Below are positions 1 through 9,659 of a stretch of DNA of 64,000 bases, piece after piece. Location: NCBI GenBank assembly GCA_913774955.1, contig CAJYKV010000007.1:333693-397692 (forward strand), read 5' to 3'. Each line of letters opens with the position of its first letter. Position 1 is the first letter of the stretch. A program made the translations under genes and the position numbers. A model generated the notes under the pieces. It was not told where the DNA came from. It did not search any database and saw only the letters and a list, made by a program, of their open reading frames with translations. The DNA comes from an uncultured Acidovorax sp. GTDB taxonomy: Bacteria; Pseudomonadota; Gammaproteobacteria; Burkholderiales; Burkholderiaceae_C.

Positions 1-513
1 CGCTGCGGCACGGCCCGCGACTGTTGCCAGCCCCACCAGAGGCTGGCCGCCAGCGCTGCAGCGAGCAGCGCGGCGGCGGCCTTCCACCGCAGTCCGGCAC
101 GCGATGCATGCGGGTGCGCGGGGCGAGCGGACTCCGGGGGGGATGGCGCGGTGGAGGGCGGGATGGCCGGGGCGCCGCCCGGCGCAGCAGCGCCCCGGGT
201 CGCGTGCCCGTCCGGTGCCCGCGGGCCCGGTGCCTGCGCGCGGCCGGGCGTGGAGGGCCGTGCGGCCGCATCGTCCGCCGGGCGGGATCGTGGGCTGGGG
301 CTGTAGCGGGCGGGCCTGGGCATGCGGTCACCTCGGGGCAGGAGCGGCGTCGGACGCGGGTGCAAGGGGCGCGGATGCAGGCGCGGAGCCGAAAAGACGC
401 GGACCGGCGCGGCCACGGTGCATCCGCACGGTAGCACGGAAAGCGCTCCGCTGCCTGTGACAGGCGGTATCCACGACGGCATGGCGGCCACCCGCCTGGG
501 GCATGATCGCGGC

Positions 514-1449
514 ATGCCAGAACGCCATGCTTCTCCACCGCCCGGCAGCGGGCCCGCGGAGCGCGCCGCGGCGGCGCCCCCGCTGCCCGGCCCCGCTGCG
601 GGACCGTGGATCGACACGCACTGCCATCTCGACGAATTCGAGGCCCACGCGGGCCGTGACTACCAGGACCGCGTGCGGGCCGAGGCGGCGCGCGGCGGCG
701 TGGCGCACTGCGTGGTGCCGGCCGTGGAGCTCGGCAACCTGGACACCGTGCGCGCACTGGCGCACCGCCACGCCGACAGCTACGCGCTCGGCATCCACCC
801 GCTTTTCACCGGGCGTGCGGGCGACGGTGACCTGGACGCGCTGGCCCGGGCGCTGGAGCAGCACGCGCAGGACCCGCGCCTGGTCGCCGTCGGCGAGATC
901 GGGCTCGACTTCTTCGTGAAGGACCTCGACCCGGCGCGGCAGGCGCATTTCTTCCGCGAACAGCTCAAGCTCGCGCGGCGGTGGAAGCTGCCGGTGATCC
1001 TGCACACGCGGCGTTCGGTGGACAAGGTGCTCAAGGGCCTGCGCGACGTGGGCGCCGAAGGCGGCATCGCGCATGCGTTCAACGGCAGCCTGCAGCAGGC
1101 GAGGGCGTTCATCGACCTCGGCTTCAAGCTCGGCTTCGGCGGCGCCGTGACTTTCGACCGCGCGCTGCAGTTGCGCCGCCTGGCGGCCGAGCTGCCGCTG
1201 GAATCCATCGTGCTGGAGACCGACGCACCGGACATCCCGCCGCACTGGCTCTACGTGACGGCCGCGGAGCGCGAGGCCGGCGCGGCCCCGGCGCGCAACA
1301 CGCCGGGCGAGCTGCCGCGCATCGCGCGGGTGGTGGCGCAACTGCGCGGCATCACGCCCGAAGCGCTGGGCCGGGCCGCACACCACAATGCGCTGGCCGC
1401 GCTGCCGCGCCTGGCGGGGCTGGTGCCCGGTATGCCGGCGCCGGGCTGA
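514..1449 (+). CDS. TatD family hydrolase/DNase
   Basis: Motifs WIDTHCHLD, VAVGEIGLDF, LPVILHTR, GIAHAF, LETDAP. Start is uncertain (ATG 481 or 514). Confidence 0.92.
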   Translation: MPERHASPPPGSGPAERAAAAPPLPGPAAGPWIDTHCHLDEFEAHAGRDYQDRVRAEAARGGVAHCVVPAVELGNLDTVRALAHRHADSYALGIHPLFTGRAGDGDLDALARALEQHAQDPRLVAVGEIGLDFFVKDLDPARQAHFFREQLKLARRWKLPVILHTRRSVDKVLKGLRDVGAEGGIAHAFNGSLQQARAFIDLGFKLGFGGAVTFDRALQLRRLAAELPLESIVLETDAPDIPPHWLYVTAAEREAGAAPARNTPGELPRIARVVAQLRGITPEALGRAAHHNALAALPRLAGLVPGMPAPG

Positions 1450-1525
1450 CGGCACTTCGGGGGATCCGGCCTCGCCGTGGCGCGCCGCGTGAGCGGCTAC
1501 GATAGTCCATCGACCCCCGCACCGC

Positions 1526-2119
1526 ATGCCGATCCAATCGATCCCTTCGCACTCCCTGCCTCCCGACGACCCGGCCGCCGCCGCGCCCGCGCGCCTGGTG
1601 GGCCTCGCGCCGGTCGTGTCGGAGCGCACCGTGGTGCTGGTGCTCGGCAGCTTTCCCGGCGCGGCCTCACTGCGCGCGGGCCAGTACTACGGCCATCCGC
1701 AGAACCATTTCTGGCCGATCCTGCAGGCGCTCTGGCCGCGGCATCCGCTGCCCGGACGGGACCGCTACGCGGAGCGCTGCGCCTGGCTGCTGGACCGCGG
1801 CCTGGGGCTATGGGACGTGTACGCGGCCTGCGAGCGCGAAGGCAGCCTGGACACCAGCATCCGCAACGCAGCGGTGAACGATTTCGCGGCCCTGCGGTCG
1901 CGCTGCCCGCGGCTGGCGGCCATCGCCCACAATGGCGGCGAAAGCTTCAAGCACGCGCGCGCCGTGCGCACCGCGCTTGCGCTGCCCGCCGGGCTGCAGG
2001 ACGGCCCGGTGCCCTCGCTGCGCCTGCCCTCCACCAGCCCCGCGAACGCGTCGTGGAGCTTCGAGCGCAAGCGCGCCGCCTGGGCCGCGGCCTTCGCCCC
2101 CTTTGGATTGATGGACTGA
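1526..2119 (+). CDS. Uracil-DNA glycosylase superfamily, DNA-deoxyinosine glycosylase-like
   Basis: VLVLGSFPGAASL, YYGHPQNHFW, LWDV, LPSTSPANA motifs. Confidence 0.88.
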   Translation: MPIQSIPSHSLPPDDPAAAAPARLVGLAPVVSERTVVLVLGSFPGAASLRAGQYYGHPQNHFWPILQALWPRHPLPGRDRYAERCAWLLDRGLGLWDVYAACEREGSLDTSIRNAAVNDFAALRSRCPRLAAIAHNGGESFKHARAVRTALALPAGLQDGPVPSLRLPSTSPANASWSFERKRAAWAAAFAPFGLMD

Positions 2120-2884
2120 ATGACCACCCGCAAGAAAGCCGCAGCCGCCGAGCTGCCCGAAGTCAGTGTTTCCGACGATGGCGACGTGCGCCATCTGCAC
2201 CTGGGCACGCCCTGGATCCAGGGTTCCATGCGCATCGACGAGCCCTTCGAGATCGAACTGGAGTACGTGCAGCGCATGATGGCCTGGCTGCTGTTCGTGG
2301 AGCCTGCGGGCGTGGCCAGGCGGCATGCCATGCAGCTGGGCCTGGGAGCGGGCGCGATCACCAAGTTCTGCCACAAGAAGCTGCGCATGTGCTGCACGGC
2401 GATCGAGCTGAATCCGCAGGTGCATGCCGTGTGCCGCGCCTGGTTCAAGCTGCCGCCCGACGGACCGAAGCTGCGCGTGGTGCTGGCGGATGCGGCCCAG
2501 GAGATCCGCAAGCCCGAGTGGCACGGCACGGTGGATGCGCTGGCCGTCGATCTCTACGACCACGAGGCCGCGGCGCCGGTGCTCGACAGTGCCGAGTTCT
2601 ATGCCGATTGCCGCGCGCTGCTCACCGAGGACGGTGCGATGACGGTGAACCTCTTCGGCCGCTCGTCGAGCTACGAACGCAGCCTGGCGCGCATGGCCGA
2701 GGCCTTCGGTGCGGAGGCGCTCTGGGCCTTCAAGCCCACGCGCGAAGGCAATACCGTGGTGCTGGCCCAGCGCACCCCGACGCGCCCGCGCCGGGCCGAC
2801 TTGCTCGCCCGCGCGGAGGCCGTGCAGGCGCGCTGGGATCTGCCCGCGGCCAAGTGGCCGCGCGTCTTCAAGCCCGTGGAGTGA
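2120..2884 (+). CDS. Spermidine synthase-like SAM-dependent methyltransferase
   Basis: QLGLGAGAI SAM motif, IELNPQV, DLYD. Starts immediately after the previous stop. Confidence 0.8.
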   Translation: MTTRKKAAAAELPEVSVSDDGDVRHLHLGTPWIQGSMRIDEPFEIELEYVQRMMAWLLFVEPAGVARRHAMQLGLGAGAITKFCHKKLRMCCTAIELNPQVHAVCRAWFKLPPDGPKLRVVLADAAQEIRKPEWHGTVDALAVDLYDHEAAAPVLDSAEFYADCRALLTEDGAMTVNLFGRSSSYERSLARMAEAFGAEALWAFKPTREGNTVVLAQRTPTRPRRADLLARAEAVQARWDLPAAKWPRVFKPVE

Positions 2885-2891
2885 CCCGGCC

Positions 2892-4778
2892 ATGAACTCC
2901 AGCCTGCCCCCCTTCCCGGAAAGCGCTGGAGCCGCGGCGCGGCCCGCGTCCGCATCCGCCGTCGGGCTGCAGCCCGGCGCAGGCTCGCCAGGCCGTTTCA
3001 TCGGCCCGCTCGACTGGCGCCGCATCGTCGAGTGGCTGCGCGCCGACGGCGTGATCTCGCCGGAGGAGGCCGCCCGCACCATCGCCCGCTGCTCGCAGGC
3101 CGAGAGCCGCCAGCACCCGCTGGTGCGGCTGGCCAGCGTGGCCATGGCGCGCGCGGGCGACGGCAAGCCGCTGGATCTGGAAACCCTGACCGAGTACCTC
3201 GCGGGCCGCAGCGGACTGGCCTACCTGCGCATCGATCCGCTCCGGGTGGACGTGGGCCGCGTGGCCGACACCATGAGCGCGAGCTACGCCGAGCGGCACA
3301 AGGTACTGCCGGTGCAGGTCACGCCGCGCGAGGTCGTGGTGGCCACGGCCGAGCCGTTCATCGACGACTGGGTGGCCGAGGTAGAACGCCAGTCGCGCCG
3401 CACGGTGCGCCGCGTCGTCGCCAACCCGCAGGACATCCACCGCTACACGGCGGAATTCTTCGCGCTGGCCAAGTCGGTCAAGGTGGCGCAGAAGGCCGGT
3501 GGCGCGAATGCGGGCAGCAGCTTCGAGCAACTGGTCGAACTGGGCCGCAGCAACAAGCAGCTCGACGCCAACGACCAGGGCGTGGTCAAGGTGGTGGACT
3601 GGCTCTGGCAGTACGCCTTCGACCAGCGCGCGAGCGACATCCACCTGGAGCCGCGCCGCGAGCAGGGCGTGATCCGCTTCCGCATCGATGGCGTGCTGCA
3701 TCCCGTCTACCAGATGCCGATGGGCGTGCTCAATGCTATGGTGTCGCGCGTGAAGCTGCTCGGCCGCATGGACGTGGTCGAGAAGCGGCGCCCGCAGGAC
3801 GGCCGCATCAAGACCCGCAACCCGCGCGGCGACGAAGTGGAAATGCGCCTCTCCACCCTGCCCACCGCCTTCGGCGAGAAGATGGTGATGCGCATCTTCG
3901 ACCCCGACAACACCGTCAAGGATCTGGATGCGCTGGGCTTCACGCCGCACGACGCGCAGCGCTGGGAGCAGCTCGTCCGGCGGCCGCACGGCATCATCCT
4001 GGTGACCGGGCCCACCGGCTCGGGCAAGACCACCACGCTCTATTCGACGCTGCGGCGCCTGGCCACCGAGGAGGTGAACGTGAGCACGGTGGAGGACCCG
4101 ATCGAGATGATCGAGCCCAGCTTCAACCAGACGCAGGTGCAGCCGCAGCTCGACTTCAGCTTCACGGAAGGGCTGCGCGCGCTCATGCGGCAGGACCCGG
4201 ACATCCTCATGGTGGGCGAGATCCGCGATCTGCAGACGGCCGACATGGCCGTGCAGGCGGCACTCACCGGCCACCTCGTCTTCTCCACGCTGCACACCAA
4301 CGACGCCCCCTCGGCCGTGAGCCGGCTGATGGAGCTGGGCGTGCCGCCGTATCTCATCAACGCCACGCTGCTGGGCGTGCTCGCGCAGCGGCTGGTGCGC
4401 ACGCTGTGCCGGCAGTGCCGCCAGCGCGACGACGCAGCGGGCATCGAAGGGCTGGCCGAGGCGGTACGCCCCTGGAAGCTCAGCGGCGGCTACCACCCCT
4501 ACCGGCCGGTGGGCTGCGTGGACTGCCGCATGACCGGCTTCCGCGGCCGCATGGGGCTGTATGAGCTGCTCACGGTGAGCGAGGCGCTGAAGGAGCGCAT
4601 CACCCAGTCGCCTTCCATCGACGCGCTGCGGCGGCAGGCCCTGCAGGACGGCATGCGCCCCCTGCGGCTGGCCGGAGCGCTGCGCGTGGCCGAAGGCGTG
4701 ACCACGATGGAGGAGGTGGTGGCCGCCACGCCGCCGCTGGAGTCACGTGACCGGGGCGCGCCTCCTGCCCCTGCCTGA
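2892..4778 (+). CDS. Stand-alone GspE/PulE/PilB family secretion ATPase
   Basis: ASDIHLEP, Walker A GPTGSGKTTT, TVEDPIE, RQDPDILMVGEIRD, STLHTND, CxxC zinc motifs. Confidence 0.93.
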   Translation: MNSSLPPFPESAGAAARPASASAVGLQPGAGSPGRFIGPLDWRRIVEWLRADGVISPEEAARTIARCSQAESRQHPLVRLASVAMARAGDGKPLDLETLTEYLAGRSGLAYLRIDPLRVDVGRVADTMSASYAERHKVLPVQVTPREVVVATAEPFIDDWVAEVERQSRRTVRRVVANPQDIHRYTAEFFALAKSVKVAQKAGGANAGSSFEQLVELGRSNKQLDANDQGVVKVVDWLWQYAFDQRASDIHLEPRREQGVIRFRIDGVLHPVYQMPMGVLNAMVSRVKLLGRMDVVEKRRPQDGRIKTRNPRGDEVEMRLSTLPTAFGEKMVMRIFDPDNTVKDLDALGFTPHDAQRWEQLVRRPHGIILVTGPTGSGKTTTLYSTLRRLATEEVNVSTVEDPIEMIEPSFNQTQVQPQLDFSFTEGLRALMRQDPDILMVGEIRDLQTADMAVQAALTGHLVFSTLHTNDAPSAVSRLMELGVPPYLINATLLGVLAQRLVRTLCRQCRQRDDAAGIEGLAEAVRPWKLSGGYHPYRPVGCVDCRMTGFRGRMGLYELLTVSEALKERITQSPSIDALRRQALQDGMRPLRLAGALRVAEGVTTMEEVVAATPPLESRDRGAPPAPA

Positions 4779-4956
4779 CCCTGCCCGGCAACCTTTCCGC
4801 AGCCCGAAAAGCTCCAAAAACGTTCCGCATGCCGGAGCGCGGTTTTCGCTGGGCGCGTTGCGGTTTTCCCTAGGTTGCGGGTAGGTGGTATCCACATCGC
4901 GGCAGCGGGGGCGCGATTGCACAATCGCCCGTCAACTTCGTGTAAGGAGTCGTTTC

Positions 4957-5445
4957 GTGAAAATCAAGAGCCAGAAAGATTTCTTTTCAGGCCTCATGTT
5001 CATGGGTGTGGGGGTCGCTTTCGCTGTGGGCGCCACCAATTACAGCGTCGGCAACGGCGCGCGCATGGGCCCGGGGTACTTCCCGCTGATCCTCGGCATC
5101 CTGCTCGCCATCCTGGGGGCCGCCATCACGTTCTACGCCACGGTGGTGGAGAGCGCCGACGGCGACAAGATCGGCAAGTGGGCGTGGAAGCCGCTGTTCT
5201 TCATCCTCGCTTCCAACTTCGCATTCGGCGTGCTGCTGGCCGGCCTGCCGAGCTTCGGCGTGCCCGCCATGGGCCTGATCGTCGCCATCTACGCGCTCGT
5301 GTTCATCGCGAGCCTGGCCGGCGATACCTTCAACGCCAAGGAAGTGTTCATCCTCGCCACCATCCTCGCGGTGGGCAGCTATGTGGCTTTCGTGTGGGCG
5401 CTGAAACTGCAGTTCCCCGTGTGGCCCAGTTTCATTTCGGGTTGA
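4957..5445 (+). CDS. tctB: Tripartite tricarboxylate transporter small subunit TctB
   Basis: GTG start after AAGGAG; MGPGYFP motif; four TM segments; upstream of tctA. Confidence 0.85.
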   Translation: MKIKSQKDFFSGLMFMGVGVAFAVGATNYSVGNGARMGPGYFPLILGILLAILGAAITFYATVVESADGDKIGKWAWKPLFFILASNFAFGVLLAGLPSFGVPAMGLIVAIYALVFIASLAGDTFNAKEVFILATILAVGSYVAFVWALKLQFPVWPSFISG

Positions 5446-5463
5446 GCGGGAGCATCGAAAACC

Positions 5464-6975
5464 ATGGAATTGTTTGACAACCTGGCGACCGGCTTCGGCG
5501 TCGCCTTCACCTTCCAGAACCTCATCTACTGCCTGATCGGCTGTATTCTGGGGACGCTGATCGGCGTGCTGCCCGGCATCGGGCCCGTGGCCACCATCGC
5601 CATGCTGCTGCCCGCCACCTACGCGCTGCCGCCCGTGGCCGCGCTCATCATGCTGGCCGGCATCTACTACGGTGCCCAGTACGGGGGCTCGACCACCGCG
5701 ATTCTGGTGAACCTGCCGGGCGAGTCATCCTCGGTGGTGACCGTGATCGACGGCTACCAGATGGCGCGCAAGGGCCGCGCGGGCCCGGCGCTCGCCGCCG
5801 CCGGCCTGGGCTCGTTCTTCGCCGGCTGCGTGGGTACGCTGATCCTGGCCGCCTTCGCGCCGCCGCTGACCGAAGTCGCCTTCAAGTTCGGCCCCGCCGA
5901 ATACTTCTCGCTGATGGTGCTGGGCCTGATCGGTGCCGTGGTGCTGGCCTCGGGTTCGCTGCTCAAGGCCGTGGCCATGATCGTGCTGGGCCTGCTGCTC
6001 GGCCTGGTGGGTACCGACGTGAACTCGGGCGTGGCCCGCTACAGCTTCGACATCCCCGAACTGACCGACGGCATCAACTTCGTCGTGATCGCCATGGGCG
6101 TGTTCGGCTACGGTGAAATCATCGCCAACCTCTCCAAGCCGGAGGACGACCGCGAGGTGTTCACGGCCAAGGTGCAGGGCCTGTTCCCGACCAAGGAAGA
6201 CTTCAAGCGCATGATCCCCGCCGTGCTGCGCGGCACCTCCCTGGGCGCGGCCCTGGGCATCCTGCCCGGCGGCGGTGCGCTGCTGGCGGCCTTCGCGGCC
6301 TACACGATCGAGAAGAAGACCAAGCTGCAACCGGGCGAAGTGCCCTTCGGCAAGGGCAACATCCGCGGCGTGGCGGCTCCCGAGTCGGCCAACAACGCCG
6401 GTGCGCAGACCTCCTTCATTCCGCTGCTGACGCTGGGCATTCCGCCCAACGCCGTGATGGCGCTGATGGTGGGTGCCATGACGATCCACAACATCCAGCC
6501 CGGCCCGCAGGTGATGACCAGCAACCCGGAACTGTTCTGGGGCCTGATCGCCTCGATGTGGCTCGGCAACGCGATGCTGATCATCCTGAACCTGCCGCTG
6601 ATCGGCATGTGGATCAAGCTGCTCACCGTGCCCTACCGCTGGCTGTTCCCCTCCATCGTGCTGTTCTGCGCGGTGGGCGTGTATGGCACGAACAACAACA
6701 CGTTCGACGTCTGGCTGGTCGGCATCTTCGGCTTCATCGGCTACGTGTTCCACAAGCTGGGCACCGAACCCGCGCCGCTGCTGCTCGGCTTCATCCTGGG
6801 CCCGATGATGGAAGAGAACCTGCGCCGCGCCCTGCTGCTGTCGCGCGGCGACTGGAGCGTGTTCGTCACGCGTCCGATCTCCGCCGGCCTGCTGGCTGCC
6901 GCCGTGCTGCTGCTCGTCATCGTGCTGTTGCCGGCCGTGAGCAAGAAGCGCGAAGAGGCATTCGTCGAGGACTGA
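5464..6975 (+). CDS. tctA: Tripartite tricarboxylate transporter permease TctA
   Basis: GVLPGIG, YGGSTTAILVNLPG, APESANNA, LTLGIP motifs. Confidence 0.95.
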   Translation: MELFDNLATGFGVAFTFQNLIYCLIGCILGTLIGVLPGIGPVATIAMLLPATYALPPVAALIMLAGIYYGAQYGGSTTAILVNLPGESSSVVTVIDGYQMARKGRAGPALAAAGLGSFFAGCVGTLILAAFAPPLTEVAFKFGPAEYFSLMVLGLIGAVVLASGSLLKAVAMIVLGLLLGLVGTDVNSGVARYSFDIPELTDGINFVVIAMGVFGYGEIIANLSKPEDDREVFTAKVQGLFPTKEDFKRMIPAVLRGTSLGAALGILPGGGALLAAFAAYTIEKKTKLQPGEVPFGKGNIRGVAAPESANNAGAQTSFIPLLTLGIPPNAVMALMVGAMTIHNIQPGPQVMTSNPELFWGLIASMWLGNAMLIILNLPLIGMWIKLLTVPYRWLFPSIVLFCAVGVYGTNNNTFDVWLVGIFGFIGYVFHKLGTEPAPLLLGFILGPMMEENLRRALLLSRGDWSVFVTRPISAGLLAAAVLLLVIVLLPAVSKKREEAFVED

Positions 6976-7008
6976 CCTCCGGCGGATACCGCTCCACGAT
7001 TGGGAACG

Positions 7009-7036
7009 ACGGCACCTTCGGGTGCCGTTTTTCTTT
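7009..7036 (+). terminator. Rho-independent terminator after tctA
   Basis: Stem ACGGCACC-TTCG-GGTGCCGT followed by a T-rich tract. Confidence 0.85.
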
Positions 7037-7090
7037 GGGTGCGGGTGGGTCGTTGCAGCGGGGCGAGGTGAGAGCGCAGATGGGAGGCGC

Positions 7091-7489
7091 TCAGGGCATG
7101 ACGGCGGAATCCGGGAGGGACGGGCAGTCCGTGCACTCCGGCGGGATGTTCTCGAAGACCACGTCGCGGCCCACGCGGATCTTGTTCATGCGAGGATTCA
7201 GGTACCAGTAAATCTGCCCGTTGATCCAGAGGTCTACTACGTCGCTTTCTACGAGCAGGGCTTCTGGTTGAATGCGGTACAGGCGCACGAAGGAGGGAGC
7301 CTTCATCCCATGATGCATGAACCGCTGCAATGGCGATGCATCGTAGAAGTCAAGGCGATAAACGTGGTGTGGGCTGATCGAAAGCCCTTTGTGCTTCGGC
7401 GTGACCGCATACCACGTCACTCCGATAAGAGAAAGTGCCAGGGTCGCTTTCGAAACCCATGACGCGTATTTCTTTTGTGTGGTTTGCAT
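7091..7489 (-). CDS. Membrane-anchored CxxC protein, DUF6402-associated paralog 3 (putative immunity protein)
   Basis: 132 aa; N-terminal TM helix; shared SPxHxYRL, RLYR, VVDLWxNG and GRDVVFENIPPECTDCP motifs with 7977..8381 and 38483..38866. Confidence 0.8.
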   Translation of the reverse strand: MQTTQKKYASWVSKATLALSLIGVTWYAVTPKHKGLSISPHHVYRLDFYDASPLQRFMHHGMKAPSFVRLYRIQPEALLVESDVVDLWINGQIYWYLNPRMNKIRVGRDVVFENIPPECTDCPSLPDSAVMP

Positions 7490-7510
7490 GGGCTACCCAC
7501 CGGAAAGTAT

Positions 7511-7896
7511 TCAGGGTATGACCGCGGAATCCGGGGGCAATCCGTGCATTCCGGCGGGATGTTCTCGAAGACCACATCGCGGCCCACACGGACCTTATTC
7601 ATGGGAGGGTACAGATACCAATAGATCTGCCCATTGATCCACAGGTCTACTACGCCGCTTTCTCCAAGCAGTGCCCTTGGATCGACACGATAGAGCCGGA
7701 TAATGTGGGGGTGGCGCATGTCCCGGTGAATAAGCTTTTGAAGCCATGAGGATTCGAATAGTCTAGACCGTATACGTGGCGGGGCTGTAATGACTTCGCT
7801 GGTATTGATTTTTTGTCAAGTAGTGGTGGGCGCCAGCAACGGCCAGCGCGGCAATAAAAGCAGCTTAAATGATTTTAGTTGCCGTGTTTCAATCAT
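7511..7896 (-). pseudogene. Frameshifted paralog 2 of the DUF6402-associated protein
   Basis: Reconstructs to MIETRQLKSFK/AAFIAALAVAGAHHYLTKNQYQRSHYSP/RHVYGLDY/FESSWLQ...ECTDC/PPDSAVIP* only across three 1-bp deletions (about 7866, 7783, 7757) and a 7-bp deletion (about 7536). Confidence 0.8.
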
Positions 7897-7976
7897 TTAA
7901 TTTTTGCATTCGACGCGGGATTAAATTGATCTCCAAATTAATTTTTGAATTTCCCATGGTCGATAGTCGAGGCTGA

Positions 7977-8381
7977 TTAAGGCATTGCCGCCGATTCAGG
8001 TGGGGGAGGGCAGTCTGTGCACTCCGGTGGGATATTCTCGAAAACAATATCTCGCCCTACCCGGACCTTGTTCATCGGTGGGAATGTATACCAGTATAAT
8101 TCTCCATTCATCCATAGGTCGACTACCTTGCTTTCTTTTATTAATTCTTCCGTGTCGATGCGGTATAGCCTGGCAAATGCAGGCATTTTGTAGTCACGGT
8201 GAAAAAACCCTTGCAGGAAAGATGTTTCATAATATTCAATTCTATATAATTTATGGGGGCTGATCGCAGTGTGGAACAGTTTTGGCCTCGATCCTTGCCA
8301 TAGAACTGCTACTACAAGAATCAGTAAAAATAAATAGACTGAATTTTTCAGAAAACGGCTATTCTTTTCGATTTTTACCAT
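7977..8381 (-). CDS. Membrane-anchored CxxC protein, DUF6402-associated paralog 1 (putative cognate immunity protein)
   Basis: 134 aa, AT-rich; ATG overlaps the DUF6402 stop (ATGGTAA); TM LFLLILVVAVLW; C-terminal ECTDCP. Confidence 0.82.
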   Translation of the reverse strand: MVKIEKNSRFLKNSVYLFLLILVVAVLWQGSRPKLFHTAISPHKLYRIEYYETSFLQGFFHRDYKMPAFARLYRIDTEELIKESKVVDLWMNGELYWYTFPPMNKVRVGRDIVFENIPPECTDCPPPPESAAMP

Positions 8382-9268
8382 GTGAAGGTCTGTGGAAAGG
8401 CGAGTTTAATGCGGTGGACATCAGAAACAATCATGAAATCGGCACCCCTGTTATTCTTCTCTCTCCATCGCCTGAAGTCTTGGTTCTGTACAACGTACTT
8501 GTAAGCTTGAACTGATTCAGGAGATTCGTCCACCGAAGTATCTTCAATAGGTACCTTTAATTGCGTGTGAATGCCGCATTCCATTCCGCCGAATCCCCAG
8601 CAGCCGAGAGGCTGTGAAATAAAGGATCTACCGTCATTGAAATCGTAGGAGTCACGTAGATAGAATGCCAGTTCGTCAATTTTGACCGTGGTTTTGCCAT
8701 TGTTTATTGGAACCACGACTCCGGATGCCGCCACCTTCATTTGCGCTTCTCCCATCGCACCGTAGAAGTCGTCCAATGGATCACTCAACCGGCCAAAAAC
8801 CAAATAGTTGACCTGACAGGTGTTGTCGAGAATCTTTGCGGGCAGACCGAGATCACCGAGTCGCCAACACTGCTGTTGCCGTCCCAGCCTTTGCCTATCC
8901 ACATGTTCCTTCAGCTGCGCAATCCCAGCGGGACTAGCCCAGCTGGTGCGCAGTTGTTCCAGGGCTGCCTGAACTCGTGCGAATCCCAGCGCCCACGCCA
9001 TCGAGACGTTGTTTTCATCCAGTTGCGCTGCCGGCAACTGACTCAGACGTTGCCCTTCGACACTGCCTTTGACTGCAGGCGTCATCTGATACGCCGCCCC
9101 ATCGAACCACCGCTCCATCAACGCCGCCGCCACCGGCCACCCCAGCCGAGAGCGCATTACGGACGGGATGTCGCGCAACTGAAATAGGCGCGTGGCATAT
9201 TGCGGCGGCTTCCTCCGCCCGAGCAACGTGTTGAGCGCTTCCTCCGGCGCCTTCAAGAGATCGACCAT
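8375..9268 (-). CDS. DUF6402 family protein (putative toxin/effector)
   Basis: 297 aa; WPVAAALMERWF, DDFYGAMG, FYLRDSYDF, QPLGCW, VQNQDFRRWR..GADF recognised as DUF6402-like; SD GAGGG upstream. Confidence 0.72.
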   Translation of the reverse strand: MVDLLKAPEEALNTLLGRRKPPQYATRLFQLRDIPSVMRSRLGWPVAAALMERWFDGAAYQMTPAVKGSVEGQRLSQLPAAQLDENNVSMAWALGFARVQAALEQLRTSWASPAGIAQLKEHVDRQRLGRQQQCWRLGDLGLPAKILDNTCQVNYLVFGRLSDPLDDFYGAMGEAQMKVAASGVVVPINNGKTTVKIDELAFYLRDSYDFNDGRSFISQPLGCWGFGGMECGIHTQLKVPIEDTSVDESPESVQAYKYVVQNQDFRRWREKNNRGADFMIVSDVHRIKLAFPQTFTW

Positions 9269-9659
9269 CTATTTCCCTCTCTGTTTTTTTGGATCGGCAG
9301 GCTGCGGGGCCCGCCGGAACGCGCGGATTATCGGCAGGAAAGGCCGGTGTGGCGCCATCTCCCACGGATGAGTTGGTTGCGAGAGGTAACCGAGCCCGTG
9401 GATGGTGGGGAGGGGGCGCCCAGGTAATTTCTGCCGCATCGGCCTGGAAGATCGAGGCCCGGCAGGGCTGCGCCAACTGCCATGTCCGACAGCGGACCTG
9501 CTCCCGCCGACATGGCGTGGTGGTGGCAGCCCGAGGGGGGCTGTTGACATGCACCGTCACCCGGGTACGGCGATTGCCGAAGACTGCGGAATGGGCGCGG
9601 ATGGTGCGTCCGGCCAAGCCCGCGGGTTGCGGATGCGGTGTGGAATCCACGGAGCGTAG

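Noticed and set aside
2892-4778. Orphan GspE ATPase as a novel secretion system or c-di-GMP receptor
   Set aside because: No other secretion genes adjacent; no clear MshEN RLGxxL motif; stand-alone paralogs are common
7417-7719. 100-aa ORF as an intact gene
   Set aside because: It is only the middle of a frameshifted paralog, and its tail runs out of frame into the next gene
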